Shown here: positions 45,971 through 59,059 of the stretch, piece by piece
Layout: every line of letters begins with the position of its first letter
How positions within the stretch are numbered: the stretch's first letter is position 1
NCBI RefSeq assembly: GCF_036321535.1
Contig: NC_087441.1
Span: forward strand, 40,672,001-40,736,000
Length of the DNA stretch: 64,000 nt
Direction of reading: 5' to 3'
Source: Camelus dromedarius
Lineage: Eukaryota
Position numbers and translations under genes: made by a program
Notes under the pieces: model-generated
What the model saw: the letters and a program-made list of their open reading frames with translations, nothing else
Database searches by the model: none
Told to the model about the DNA's origin: nothing

Positions 45971-48511
45971 TTTACATTGTAAACAATGTAACTGGGTATA
46001 CATTCAATTCCACACTTCTAATACCTTCCAATACCTTTTAGATATTGATTTAATATTTTATAATTAACCCGTAAATTTAATGTTTGAATATTCTAATATG
46101 ATGAATATATATTTAAAAAATTATGAAAGGTGGTCCTAAATAACATGTTTTGCCATTGTGTAAACTCTGTATCTAAAAATCTACTAAATCCATACTGGTA
46201 ATCATATTGATTAACACAGTTTTGCCTTAAGACAATCTGCTAAATCAGCCATTTATTTGCTCATGGTGTTATGGTAATGATGTCTTAGCCTAGACTAACC
46301 ATAATAATATATTGAAGCTTAGTAACATCTAAGTGTAAATCATGATTGATCCATATAAATTGGATATGTTATTTTTTAAAACACTGTTGTTGACTTTGCT
46401 TTTTATAAAATTCAATACAATTTATCTAAACCACCAATTTTTAAGTAAATACAGATATGGACCCAAAGCAATGATAACTTACCAGTAAAATTATATTTTG
46501 AAAAACTCCACAATGTAAAAATAATATAGTTATGTAGGAAATAATATAGTTATGGAGGGAGAGGGAGGGCAGGCAAAGTTTTGTGTGCATTACATTAAAT
46601 GCCAGCTCTTTTGTTTTGGAGTTTTAATAACAAGCTAAGTATAATCTAAAAGTTTCAAACTCTAGATCAATCACAGCTCTTAGAGTCTATACAAAATTAC
46701 ATATACAGTGCGATTAAATATTTGAATACAATAAATGTCTAGAGTACACCTAGACTTATTTGTTTTCTAAGGCTCACACTAAAATGCAAAATTTGTAAAT
46801 GCCTTGTATAGAATGACCTATAGAGGTGTACCTATTTCTGATTACCTATTCTCACTTTCCACAGAGGAAATTGTTCAAGTGATGGTCACTTTTGATTTGA
46901 GACCAAAAGAAAACAAGCATCATAATTACACTTGTATTTGGGAAAATAGATTTCTTCCTTACGGTTTTAGATTCTTTTGAAAAAGAATCTCTTTTTTTGC
47001 TTTCCAATCGTGAATTAAACTCAACTGGACTCAGTAATTTTTATGAGACTGAATTTACCCACTTGTATCAAAAATTCAAGTTCACAATTTACTTCTCTTA
47101 TCCTCACACTATAGATGTACATACACATATAGACGTTAAGGCTGAAGTATTTTTCTTCGCGGCCCTGCTAATTCCCATTAAGAATTCCTAGAGGCATTTT
47201 GCAGTTCTTATTCTTCCAGTATAACTTCATGATACGTTTACATATGATGCTGTTTTTCGACTGCATATATGTCCTTAGGCAATGCTTTTTCTTCCACTCT
47301 ATTTGAATAACAACGAAAAAAATCTATTTTCTTTCATGACTTAATACTGAATCATCTCCCCTATTTGCCAATCCACAACTTACACCAGGACAGCCATAAA
47401 TGTCACCATCACAAAATAATCCTGTAGCCAAAAAATTAATAAGTAATCCATCCTAAAAGTGAACCCAGGAACAGACATTTAGTTCTTTGCCCACATTCTC
47501 AAAAAAGCTTCCTTAGTGGCTCCACTCTTAAGTAGCTATACCACACGCTAAGCAACAGCTCCCACCATTCTTACGTTTAATTTATTAACACTCAGGCATC
47601 TCAGTTCTGACTCAGCAGCTGGCTTAGCTGATACCTTATCCACAGAACCTACAATTCTGAGAGCCACATCTCTCAAAGACTAAGCACTTGTGGGGGACAA
47701 TGGTAATCTATGGATTGTCTTGTTAGGAACTTTTAACAGTGTCCACTTACTGACAAAGCAACAACAAACAAAAGGCAAAGCAACACTTGGAGAAGCTGAG
47801 GGAAAATATTTAAAAAATTAAAGCATCACACACACACAAATTCATTTAACCCCTACAACTGGCCATTGTTCATTAGGATACCATTTAGTTTTTTTATTTA
47901 AAAACACCCCAGCATTTTAAAAAGTAAATTGCTATATGAAGAATATGTAGGAAGATAGGCAGAAAGTGGCCTATGGAACCTCACTGGCAGTTGTGGATCT
48001 CATCTCTCACCACCAGTCCTAAACAACTCCAGGTGCCTGGCATGCACAGTGTGCCCGTCCCACAAGGCACCCGATGCTCCCCCACTGGCCTTGGCAGTGA
48101 TGATCACAACCCTCCTGCGGAGGAAAGAGACCTGCACTGACCCACAGTGTCCAGGCGCATCACATCCTCTTAACCTGTAGGCAGGCCCCTGTCAAGTAAG
48201 TAAGCTTTTCTTTCTTTCTCTTTGTATTTTTAATGCCCTGAAGGCCACCACTATGTTCAAAAAATCTCTTCATTCCACACTCTTTGTCCCCTTATTTTCT
48301 TCTTTCCAGTCCAATCTCTATAACACAAGGAGTGTTATCTAACGACTCCTCCACGCCCAGCACCATTATTTGCGGAAATACACACACTCAGAAATATGAC
48401 CTCTGTGGAACTTCTAGTCGCGTTGATGATTAAAACCAGCCAATTCTTAAAAAGAGGATAGCACAAGCCATTGCATATTTAATTACTAAGTGTTGTATTT
48501 AAATATCAAGG

Positions 48512-48625
48512 ACTAGAGCATTGTTCTTAACCACCCCCCCACCCCCCCAGGTATAGGTCCAGGCACTGACAATTTAGAAAGCTCTCTAGGTTATTCTAAC
48601 GTTCGGCCAGTGATGAGCTCCACTA
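48512..48625. mobile_element. MER5-like fragment
   Basis: 'ggtccaggcactgacaatttagaaagctctctaggttattctaacgttcggccagtgatgagctccact'. Confidence 0.65.
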
Positions 48626-48707
48626 TGCTGGAAAGTCTCCACCCTGACTGACAACTAGCTCTCAGTTGTAGTTTAAGGAATCAAGAGGGTGAACCTGCAG
48701 ATACTAA

Positions 48708-48875
48708 CCCATTGCTTCTCAGACTTTTGTGAGCACAGGAATTATCTGGGGTTCTGTTAAACATACATGGTTCTGGGGCTTAGTCTCCAGAGAATCAGAT
48801 TCAGCAGGTCACACGTGGGGACCCCAAATGTGCATTTTGATTCTGATGTAGTGGGCACCAGACCACACTTTACGG
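48708..48875. mobile_element. MER5A
   Basis: 'cattgcttctcagacttttgtgagcacaggaattatctggggttctgttaaa...cagattcagcaggtc...ttctgatgtagtgggcaccagaccacacttt'. Confidence 0.75.
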
Positions 48876-50289
48876 AAGGCCACTCAAAATCCAGTCTCTA
48901 TCTAGACCTGGGTGGTGACACTTAACGTCATAACAAGGTAGCCCAGAAGCAATAAATCAACATGAATATCTTGAAAAACTAAGTTATTTTATAAACTTAT
49001 TTTAATATCCTTGTATTGCACTATTTGATTAATATTCTTACTGGGTAAAACAGGTTATCAAAATCGCAGTTGTGTTTTACAATCACTACTTTCAGTACTT
49101 TGAAAATTATCCTCCCCTTGGCACCATCGTGACTTACTTAGAAAACAAAATCAGTTGAGATCCACTGTTCTGAAAAAAAACAGGATAGAAAAAATGAAAA
49201 AACAGAAAGAGAAAAAGACTATCTTCAGTCATTGTACATGCACGTGTCAATGTAAATATGTTTTCCTTTTCTTGTTTTTAGGGGGAGGAGGAGAGAGGGG
49301 TTACAAAATCCAACTTAAAGGTTTTATTTTAAAATTACTAAAGCTTTTAGCCAATGACACATGGAATGAAATTCTGTGACCGTTGCTTATTTGAGTCCAC
49401 TCTAACCAAACTGTCTTAATTAAAACTACTACTGAGCAAGACTATTAAAAATATGTCAGTCCATCAACATAGAAGTTCTACATAAGCAAAAATTGGATGG
49501 AAACAGAGCTCCCTCAAGAAAAATCATACAATAGGTACTTTTCCATCAATAAGTACTTGGACACTCAATGTCACTGCACACGTAACTGCATCACATGACA
49601 GGAAAAGCACCCCATACTATACAGTGCATTACAATGTCAGTCAATATACAATGGGTTCATTGTATTGATCTCCTGTTTTTTAGACAAAAGTTTCCTGGAT
49701 GCTGTCAATAAAAATATATATTTGTACCTTTAAATTCTTTTAATTTTAAAATTGAGAGCAAGCATTTTATTATTAGTTAATTTTATTTCCTTCCAAATCA
49801 AGGCCGGAAATTCACTACACTTTAAACCATCTGAATCCTACCTCCCTAAGAATAGGCACACCTGCAGAAGATCAAAGTTCTCATTGACCTTGGGAACACA
49901 GCAGTTTCAAAGGAATAATCTCATTTAGTAAAAAAGAAAACCATATGCGAATCAACATTAACCGCTCTTAGCCCACATCAGGAATGATGGCTCCCTTGGC
50001 ACCCGTCAGAATTTTGAGCTAAAGAATTTGGCCTGAGCTTCCTCCTGCTTCGCCAGGACAGATTGATAAAGAGGTGCAACATTAGCTCAATCAGTTGCAC
50101 CATATTTCTGAATTTTTCTAAATATGTCCTTCATAAGTTTGTTTTTGATAGAAATACAGAAAGGATGTTTTCATACATATTTTTTTTTACTTCTGAAATC
50201 AGTTCCCTGTGCATTAGAGAGACCTGAGCTTAGCAAGCATGAATAACAACAACTACTAACACCTACTCTTTGCCATGGAGGAGACTAGG

Positions 50290-50410
50290 AGTTTTTCATA
50301 CTTTATTTCTAATATCCACAATAATACTTCTAAAGGAACTGCAATTATCTCCATTGTACAGATGCAAAAAGTAAGGTTCAGAGGGGAGGAGTAATTAGCC
50401 CCATGGCATT
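50290..50410 (-). mobile_element. MIR fragment
   Basis: 'attatctccattgtacagatgcaaaaagtaaggttcagagggg'. Confidence 0.7.
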
Positions 50411-50504
50411 AATTATAGGAACAACAAAATATTTACAATATGATAATGGTTCATAAGCATTGAATCACATTTTTCTACCTTTTGTGCTGTATTTAAAAAG
50501 TAAA

Positions 50505-50755
50505 CAGCTAGCTTTTGTTTAGTGTTTACTTCATGTTAGGCACTTTTCTAAGTGCTTTATATTCATTAATTCTTTTAACATTACTAATAACTTTGTGAGG
50601 TAAGTATTGTTGTTCTTCCTACTGTATGCGTGATGAAATTGAGCCACAGAGATGTTAAGTAACTTGTCTAAAGCTTCAAACCTGATAAATGGAAGACCTA
50701 TAATTTAACCCAGGCAATTAGCTTCAGATTATGTGCTTTTAACCATGATGCTATA
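50505..50755 (-). mobile_element. MIR, essentially full length
   Basis: 'tttagtgtttacttcatgttaggcacttttctaagtgctttatattcattaattc...gaaattgagccacagagatgttaagtaacttgtctaaag...tgcttttaaccatgatgcta'. Confidence 0.88.
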
Positions 50756-52319
50756 AGGTTATTAATAGGTTCCAAATAGCCATTTTTAAATTTAGTTCTT
50801 AAAACATACAACTAAATACTCCAACCATGTACATTAGGATTTATCATAGCAAGACAGAATGTCAATGTGAATAATTCTAGTTGATAAAAAAGGAAGACTC
50901 TAATCCTCTACCTGCCAAAATTTGGGCAAAGGAGACATCAGAGACACTGTGCTATATAAGATGACTCCTGGGTTTTTTCCAACAGTCAAGAAATTTCAGA
51001 GTAACAGGCATTTCATCCTAAAAAAAAAATGGTGTTTTTTGCTAAGCCATAAGCATATCTAAATGATACAACAAACAGCAAATGGGAGGAGGTATAGACA
51101 GAACACTGCAGCAGCGGGAGAGGTGACATGACATATAATGTCCATCAGGTTGCCTTTTCTGAGTTTTAGCATCACAACTGTGATGCATAAAGGTAAGTAT
51201 AAGGAATCTTATAGGAAATAACTGCATAGCACTTCATAAAGGAGGAAAAATCTGAGAGGGAAAAGAGTGGATAATCTTTGTAATATCCAGTAGTTTCTGA
51301 TAGATTTGCTAAATTTGAAACAGGGGAAAAGAGATGATGATCACCCTGTTTTGTGGGGACTGGTCATGATGTAACAGCTTGAGTTCAGAGACTTACTTTA
51401 CAAAAGCCGTAAGACTTACTAGCAAACAATAATTCCATAAAAAGAAAGAAAAATATGTATCTGCAGAGGAAAGAAAATCGCAACATTCTTTCACTTAATA
51501 AAATAGCAAATATCAACACTGAATTCATACATCTGCACTGCCTAGATTTAAATGTGGAGATACGCATAAAAATGGAGACTCTCTGAGCTTTGGTGTTGTT
51601 TCCTCTTTCTACCCCATCTCCTTTACTCTCCTGGGAGTTCAGCCCAGGACAATTACAGGGTTGCTATCACAGCAGCTGTCCCTGTTGCATGGTGCTGATT
51701 TTCTGCATGCAAAAATGTGCACTCCAGAGAGATATGATGGTGTGAGTTAACATTAAGTCTGACTCTAGTCTTCTGGGAAGACTCAGGTTTATTGTGTTAT
51801 ATGGGAAAAAAATTGAGTGTAAGTTGTTTTCTTAGAATTTTAATTGTTGTTCTAGTTTTATTTAACCACTAATATTCTGAAATTAATTATTTATACAAAA
51901 TTAATGAAATGCATATGCAAATAACTTAAGGAATTTTTAACCCCTAGCTTCTGATCCCTGCACATAATTTAATGAACAAATATAAAAAGAAAGGAAATGG
52001 CAAAAGGTTTTGCATTTAGTATCTTTCTTAGAATTGTCTGCCCCATCTAAGAGCCAGTTTCTGTATTTCTAAACTTGATTGCTCACTACCCTCAAAAGAA
52101 GATTTCAATACAATATTTTAGAAATAGAATGCATGGTGTTTGGGAATTAAGTACTCATTGTGACTGCATTCAAAGCTTCGTATCACAGGCTACAGTATTT
52201 TTTCTTTTGAAATATAAATTCTGCAACTTAGGTGGCATGGCACTATTGAAAACAGCTTGCCATATGCCTTTGATTTCACTGAGAGACATGCCATCTGCCA
52301 CCCCATTCAAAATGATTCT

Positions 52320-52410
52320 AAAAATACATGAAGAAGAAGGAAGAAAAAGAAGAAGTAAAAGAAGAGAGGGAGGGAGGAGATGGAAAATGACGAGGAAGAG
52401 TAGGGGAATA
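52320..52410 (+). repeat. GA-rich low-complexity tract
   Basis: gaagaagaaggaagaaaaagaagaagtaaaagaagagagggagggaggaga. Confidence 0.7.
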
Positions 52411-53589
52411 GCAGAAGATTGTGATCAAATGCAGGAATGTTGCCCATCATGTTAGGTCTGGGATCTGGCCTGGTACCAGTTCAGGTTACCTGTAGTCATG
52501 AAGTCAAACCCAGACAATATCAACTAAATCCTCCCTTTTTCTGTAGGCAGTGAACTGTGTACAATGCAGTTTATTCAGCATGATTATTGATATAGCTTTA
52601 GAAAGAAGTCTTTGATATGCAAGTAAAAGCCAAAGATCCTAGGGCAATTTATATTTTAAAAGAGTTTTGGCCCAGGGACTAGGATTAAAACAGGGAGAAT
52701 TTGCTTGTATACAGTTGATTTATTTGTGAAAAATGCAGTACCTTCCTGGGGGGGGTGATGTGTAGAGAAAGAAGAAAATGGCAAGAAGTCAGGAACTTGG
52801 GGGGCATGTATTTATGTTGAGGACACTATCTAAATCTATTTTGGTACTATGTTTTATCAAGCGTGAAATCATCCCAGGGTATATTTTAACTCTACATAAT
52901 AAAATTACTGTAATAAATCCCTTAAGATGATTCCCAAAGAACAGAAGCAATTTTTCTAAGAAGCTTAAAAATAGAAGTCTCTCTCAAATGCACCCAGACA
53001 GTGCCCTCATAGTCAATATTTTGCCACAGAAATAAAATAGAGCAGAATAAATTGTAAATTTCACAGGAAAAATTTTACAAATAACTGTTTGTTGGTTTTG
53101 TTTACTTGAAAGAGGAAAAGATTCAAACCCTACAGACCAAATTTTGTCTAAGAAGAATCCTGTGTAAACAACACAGCTAGATTTTGACCAAATGTTTCCT
53201 TTTAAAAGGGAAAAAAACAGTTACTAAACTAAAACTGGTTTTGAGAATGAAATGTATAGCCAATACATTTTAGAAATCTATAGCCAATATTAAAGGTAGT
53301 CTTGTACCTAGCTTGTGAGATTTATTTGAAATGTTTTATCCCAGATAGCAACAGGAAAAAGAGATCTCCAAATAATTCAATTTCAGTAGTCTTCTAAGAA
53401 GTTAGATTCAATGGAATTATATGCAGCTCCCCAAAAGTGACTCATCATAAGAAATACTTATATTTTGCCTGCTGTAGAAACATCATGTCACCATTTATTG
53501 AAAAGCACTTAATGGGCACACACAAAGCATTATGGGAAGTATTTAAAAAGCTAATTAATAATATATGGCATTTGTATATTGCTCTATAA

Positions 53590-53770
53590 TTTATTTACAA
53601 CATGTTTTTATCTACTTGATCTGCAAAACATGTTTTTCTATTTTCTGGATAAGAAAACTAAGGGTTAGCAGAGTTAATCCCTACTTAAGGTCAAATGGCT
53701 AATAAGAGACTCAGAAGTGAACTGAGATCTTGTGATGTCGTATCAGACTCCTTGTACTCTGACACCTTCC
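53590..53770 (-). mobile_element. MIR fragment
   Basis: 'ggataagaaaactaagggttagcagagttaatccctacttaaggtcaaatggcta'. Confidence 0.6.
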
Positions 53771-55655
53771 CCTCCGCCAAAGACACTGTTGCTTCAACTT
53801 TCAGAGTTCACTATCAGCCCCACACAGTTACCCTCATGTTTTCCATCTACTGTGAATGGAAGCACTCTGGAAGCAGTAACATTTTAAGCTGTTCTCAATG
53901 ACAGACACCTCGATAAATTAAGGATTTGAGAATTTACTAGGGAAAAAGAGGTATCTTTATTTCACAATTTGACATAAGCTAGTCATGTGATAAGTTACAA
54001 ATGCATGAAATAAATACTGTTGAAATAAGATATCTGTGCTAGTAATATTATATATTGATATAGTAGAGTGATAGTTTGATCAGTACAATTAGAGAATCAA
54101 ATATTATATAATAGGGTTCACATAGAATAAAAATCTCACAGTTTGCTTATCCAGGTCAAATTTGTGCATATAGTTTATTAAAACCTATTAGCATAGCACA
54201 GCAGTGTAAGAGAATTTGTGGTATTATATAATTATACTGCCAATTATCCAATAACTTATTTGTGGGAAAGGTCTAATCTCAAAAACTCTTTTGCTGCTGT
54301 ACAAAAAGAATTTGAGATGTAGGGGACACTTCAAACATACGATGTCTCCCAGGGAAATCTTCAAAGGCAATGTGAGTGGGATAATGCAAGACAAGTTTAA
54401 AATGTGCTGAATTTCTTGGAGAAAAAAAAAGTAAGTCCTTGAATAATATTTCTCTGAATCATACCATATCTACCATTTCTAGATATACAGAGAGCTATTT
54501 ATAGAAATAAAAATGGGAACTGAGAAAAGGAAAGGAAGGTAAAGCAGATAAAAAAACAAACAAACAAACAAAAGTGTTCTTCAAGGTGCAGCCGTTGGGG
54601 GTTAAAATTTAGTCAAAATCCCCCAGGGCTATGAGATGGTGGTTCTGTCTGTAGAGAGGAGTGAATTGGCACATGGATGGTGGAGTCTGGTCAGTGACCC
54701 TGATCCATTCCTTGTTTACGCTGACATAGCCCAGCAGAAAACTGCAGAGTTCCTCATTCACGGGGGAGTCTTTGCTTCACTTAGCCAAGCTGTGTTAATA
54801 AAAGTTGGTTGTGCTTTCTGTATGTTAAGAAAACATTACCCAGAGCTCTTCCTCTAAAAAGTATCTATCAAATAAGAAGTGGGATGAGATGATCTCCAAG
54901 ATCTCTTCCAGCGTTAACATTAGAATTTGATGACAAGTAGGGAAAAAAAGCCTAGTTGTATTTTTAATAAATAAAAGATTGGAAATTTTTGTTAAAAATC
55001 CATGGTTCAGGGACTATTTTATCCAGAGGTCAGAGGATGAGTAGCTAACTTTATACAACAAATTTTCTGTTAAGTTTAGACTGCAAATTTTGTCCCTGGA
55101 TAGTGGATGAAATTCTCTCAATTGATTTTTTTTTCCCATTTGCCAGTTGCTCTTTTTTTTTCACTTGCCTCTTTTAGGAATTTGCTTGGCTCTTTTCCTC
55201 CATTTAATGACTATATCTAAGAAAGGATTTGGCTAGGTGCCTAGAGGCTCTTGGGTGTTGGGTGCCATATAAACAAAATTAATTACTCATTTTGTGCCAA
55301 TATCAGATCACTGGCAATGAGAGGTTAGTTGACAAAAAAAGCAGACAGGATCAAAAATTTCAACAAATTATAGTATGCTTTTTGCATAAATCAAGAATAT
55401 GTAAAAATTAATGAAAATAATCCTACATTTGTATATATTTATATATTGTTTTATGGGTTTTTTTTTCAAATGTTCCCATATACATTATTTAATTCAGTTG
55501 TCAAAACAATCTCATGTGCTAATTACTGCTGATAATACTAACATCATCTTACAAAATTAAGGAACCAAGCCTCAGAGCTGTTGCATTTTTTTCATTCACT
55601 TAACAGGTAACATGCTGAATATCTACTAATTGCCAGATGTTACCGTTAAGAGTTG

Positions 55656-55757
55656 AAGGGTAACCAACCATCCCAGAGCTGAGGAGGTTCCCGAGATGCA
55701 GACTTTGAGTGCTAAAATAGGACAGCCCTGGGCAAACTGGGATGACTGGTCACCCTA
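55656..55757 (+). mobile_element. MER81 hAT-Blackjack MITE
   Basis: TIRs 'aagggtaaccaacc' and 'gactggtcacccta'; internal 'gaggaggttcccgagatgcagactttgagtgctaaaataggacag'. Confidence 0.85.
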
Positions 55758-55849
55758 ACATAATTCTAGTCATTTTAACAGCACATCATGGTTCAAGTCA
55801 CAAAAGAAGCTGTATACCAGATGGAGATCTCTGTGTCTCTCCTTCATTA

Positions 55850-56860
55850 TCCTTTCCTCACTCAGGACTTTTCCTTCTGGACCCCTAAAAATTCTTTCAG
55901 TGTTGCCAATGATCACCTAAGCACCAAAAGTAGCCCCTCTGTTCCCAACTTCTCTTGAGATATTTGACATTGTAACTACCTGGTATTCCCTTTGACTTCA
56001 TTATCTCCCTTGCCTTTCTCTCTCCTCTAGGAATGTCCTCCGTTTTCGCATCTAAACTTCCATCATTAAGCACCGATGCCCGAATTTATACCCATAGCAG
56101 CAATATAATGACTTTGACATATATATGTCTGATAGAGAGGCCCCCTCCTGGTGCCCATCCCATCAGGTATTCAAATAAATCAAATCTCAAAACAAAAGGT
56201 TTTTGTTTTCTCCACAGCCAGTTCCTCCTATTGACTTTCCTGTCTCTGGTGTTTGGCATCATCCCTTGATACCCAGGGTCCATCTCAGTCATCGATGGTT
56301 TTTTTCACCACACCTAATGCGTTACCAGTTTCTAGTGAGCAGTTTTTTAGAAAGGTCTTTCTTTGCTTTTCTGGCTGTTACCACTATAACTAAGTTCCTG
56401 TTTATCTTTCTCTTGAATTGTAGGTCTAGTCTTTTTAATGAACCAACTCCTCTTTCATTTCTGTCTTCACATCAGTTTAGTGCATTAAAGTACATTCTGG
56501 TCTTCATTCCTAATGTTCTTGTATATGTACGCATTCTCCAGCCAAAATAAACCACTTGCCATGCAGTCCTTTCCTCTTATGCCTTTGCTTATATTATCCC
56601 TTATGTGTGGAATATTTTTACCTGTCAAAATCTTACCCATCTTTCAAGCCAATCTTAAATTTCAAAGTTTCATCAAAATTTTTTGCAGTTCCAAAAGGAT
56701 GTAAGCACTCCCTCCTTGGAACTCACTTCACTTTGTACTCCTGGATGATTTATCTGACCTGTTTTATATTATAATTATTTGCATCCTCTTCTCAGTCCTC
56801 CAACTAGATTCTCGACTGCTTGAGACCAAGACTGTGACCGACTCATTCCAGGACCCCTGC
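55850..56860 (+). mobile_element. L2, about 1 kb decayed ORF2/3' region
   Basis: 'tcagtgttgccaatgatcacc...gagatatttgacattgtaactacc' and 'ccagttcctcctattgactttcctgtctctgg...caactagattctcgactgcttgagaccaagactgtg'. Confidence 0.7.
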
Positions 56861-57828
56861 TTCACCCTGCAGGTAAATTCATTATGTTCTTATTAAAGGT
56901 TGAATTGCTCTAACTGCTTTCCCAATTCTGATTTTTAAAATGCATTTTGTCAATAAGTCATTTGGGATATTTCAAATTTAGTGTGATACTTAAACAACTG
57001 TAGAGCAAAGGCATGAACATTGTAATTAAAGCAAAGCAAAACAAAACTCAAACACCCAAGGATTATCCAACATCAGCACAAAGTTTCCAAGTACAGAGGC
57101 ATTCACACCAGATTAACGTCCGGGGGCGTGTTTGTAAATACACGTGTTGTCAGCCCAGCCAGCTCCTTATCAGCTCCCCTGCGGAAAAGGCCACAGAGAA
57201 GGAGAGCTATTCCAAGATGGGCAATCACTTTCGTTCAGAAAATTGAGTTTAATTGAGCAGTTTTTCAGATGGTTGAAATTGAATTGGTAAGGCACTGCAG
57301 GAAGAATGCCGGTGTAGGGCCTAAATTGTTTCCTGCCATTTAGACGGGGCCATAATGCAACATGAGATTCAGGCGGTTGGGAAATGATAAATACGCATTT
57401 GGATTCTGGGATGATCCCAAAAGAAACCCATCCATGTGGACCTTAAAAGGTTTCACTTAATTAACCTGGTTTAAAACACTAGAACTAAAAGGTTCACCAC
57501 AATATTTGCTTAGTTTTTATGGAGACAATTTTTAAAAATAGCAAAGTTGAAGAGAAGTAGAGTCATTTTCATGATGTCAAAATATTCTCCTAAAGGTTTT
57601 GGCTCTGCATCTGGAGGGAAATAAGAGATTGACAAGAAGGAAATCATGTTATATCCTATCTTATCCACTGTCGCCTCCCCTTTCAATTCTCTCGTCATCA
57701 TCAAGTTTCTTCAGCCACTCACGCAGGAACACTTCAGGGACTGCGACTTCAGGCACTGCCGTCAGCGCCCAGAGGATTGAGACTTAGTCTTTGCATCTTA
57801 ATTACAGCTGACTCTTCTTCCCTTGTTC

Positions 57829-57984
57829 NNNNNNNNNNNNNNNNNNNNNNNNNNNNNNNNNNNNNNNNNNNNNNNNNNNNNNNNNNNNNNNNNNNNNNNN
57901 NNNNNNNNNNNNNNNNNNNNNNNNNNNNNNNNNNNNNNNNNNNNNNNNNNNNNNNNNNNNNNNNNNNNNNNNNNNNNNNNNNNN
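57829..57984. other. N run, 156 nt, inside a CpG-retaining region
   Basis: Directly seen. Confidence 0.98.
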
Positions 57985-59059
57985 CTGACGCACGATTTAC
58001 CTTCCCTGGCAGTTTTATTATTCAGAACAATGGGCTTTTTCAGTTGTGCAGTGTTGGCTTTTCCCTTTCCTCTCACGTTTGTAAACAAAAACATTCAGTT
58101 TGGTAACTTAAGGATAAAACAGAAGAGATGTATGGCACTAAGACATCAAAACTGCCATGTTGTCATTGTCATTTTTTATATAAAAGATACAGAGCGGAAA
58201 GCAAAATAAACCTCACTTTCATATTTAAATAATGACCTGAAATCAATAGATTAAAATGACCTCTTCTGTGGACACATTATAGTTATTTCCTCTTTACACT
58301 CTGATGTGTATAAAACTTCGTACAAATCAATTTTTGAACCATTAGGGCCTCCACTCTGCACAAAGACCGAGGCCAAAAGATGAGTGGGGCTGACATCCCA
58401 CCTGTGTTCTGATAACTGACAAGATGCCTGGTTTGGAGCTGCCCTTTCCCAAGAGACAGGGCATCTCTTTCTTAACACAAAGGCACCATCTGCTCTTCCA
58501 AACTTTTACTGAAGCTACATTGGCCCAGGGGTATGTTTTTCCTAATTGACCTGCACAGAAGGGCTATCTTTAATTTGCACAAAGGTACCACGTAAGCCCG
58601 CTGCAGTTTGGCTTTGTGGATGGGATGTGTTTCTGGATGAATGGAGGAAACAGAATACAACCAGGATTAAGCAGGTTTGATTTATAAAATCATACCACAG
58701 TTTTCACTAATCCAACATTTACTTGCATGGAAAGTCAACTGATGGCAAGAAGGGAAACTGGGGGGGCATTGGGATTCCGGCAGAAGGTGTTCAAAGGGCT
58801 ATGTCTCACTAGGAAGGCATTATGGGCTGAATGGGGCCTCAGAGGAAGGTGATATCAAAACAACAGTTATGTCACCTGTCCTTGACAGTGCAGAGTCATT
58901 GCCAAGAGGGCAAGTAAATGGAGTAAGGCGGTGATTACTGTGAAGTGGAGCACACCGTGGTGAGGTGTTGCTGGTGGAAGTCCCTAAGGCAACAGAGGAT
59001 AATAAAGACCTGTCCCAGCTGTAAGGTCATCCCTGGAAGGAATGGATGAAAACAATTGC

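Noticed and set aside
52075-52455. 126-aa plus-strand ORF
   Set aside because: Non-ATG start, extended by a stop-poor GA-rich tract, no homology recognised
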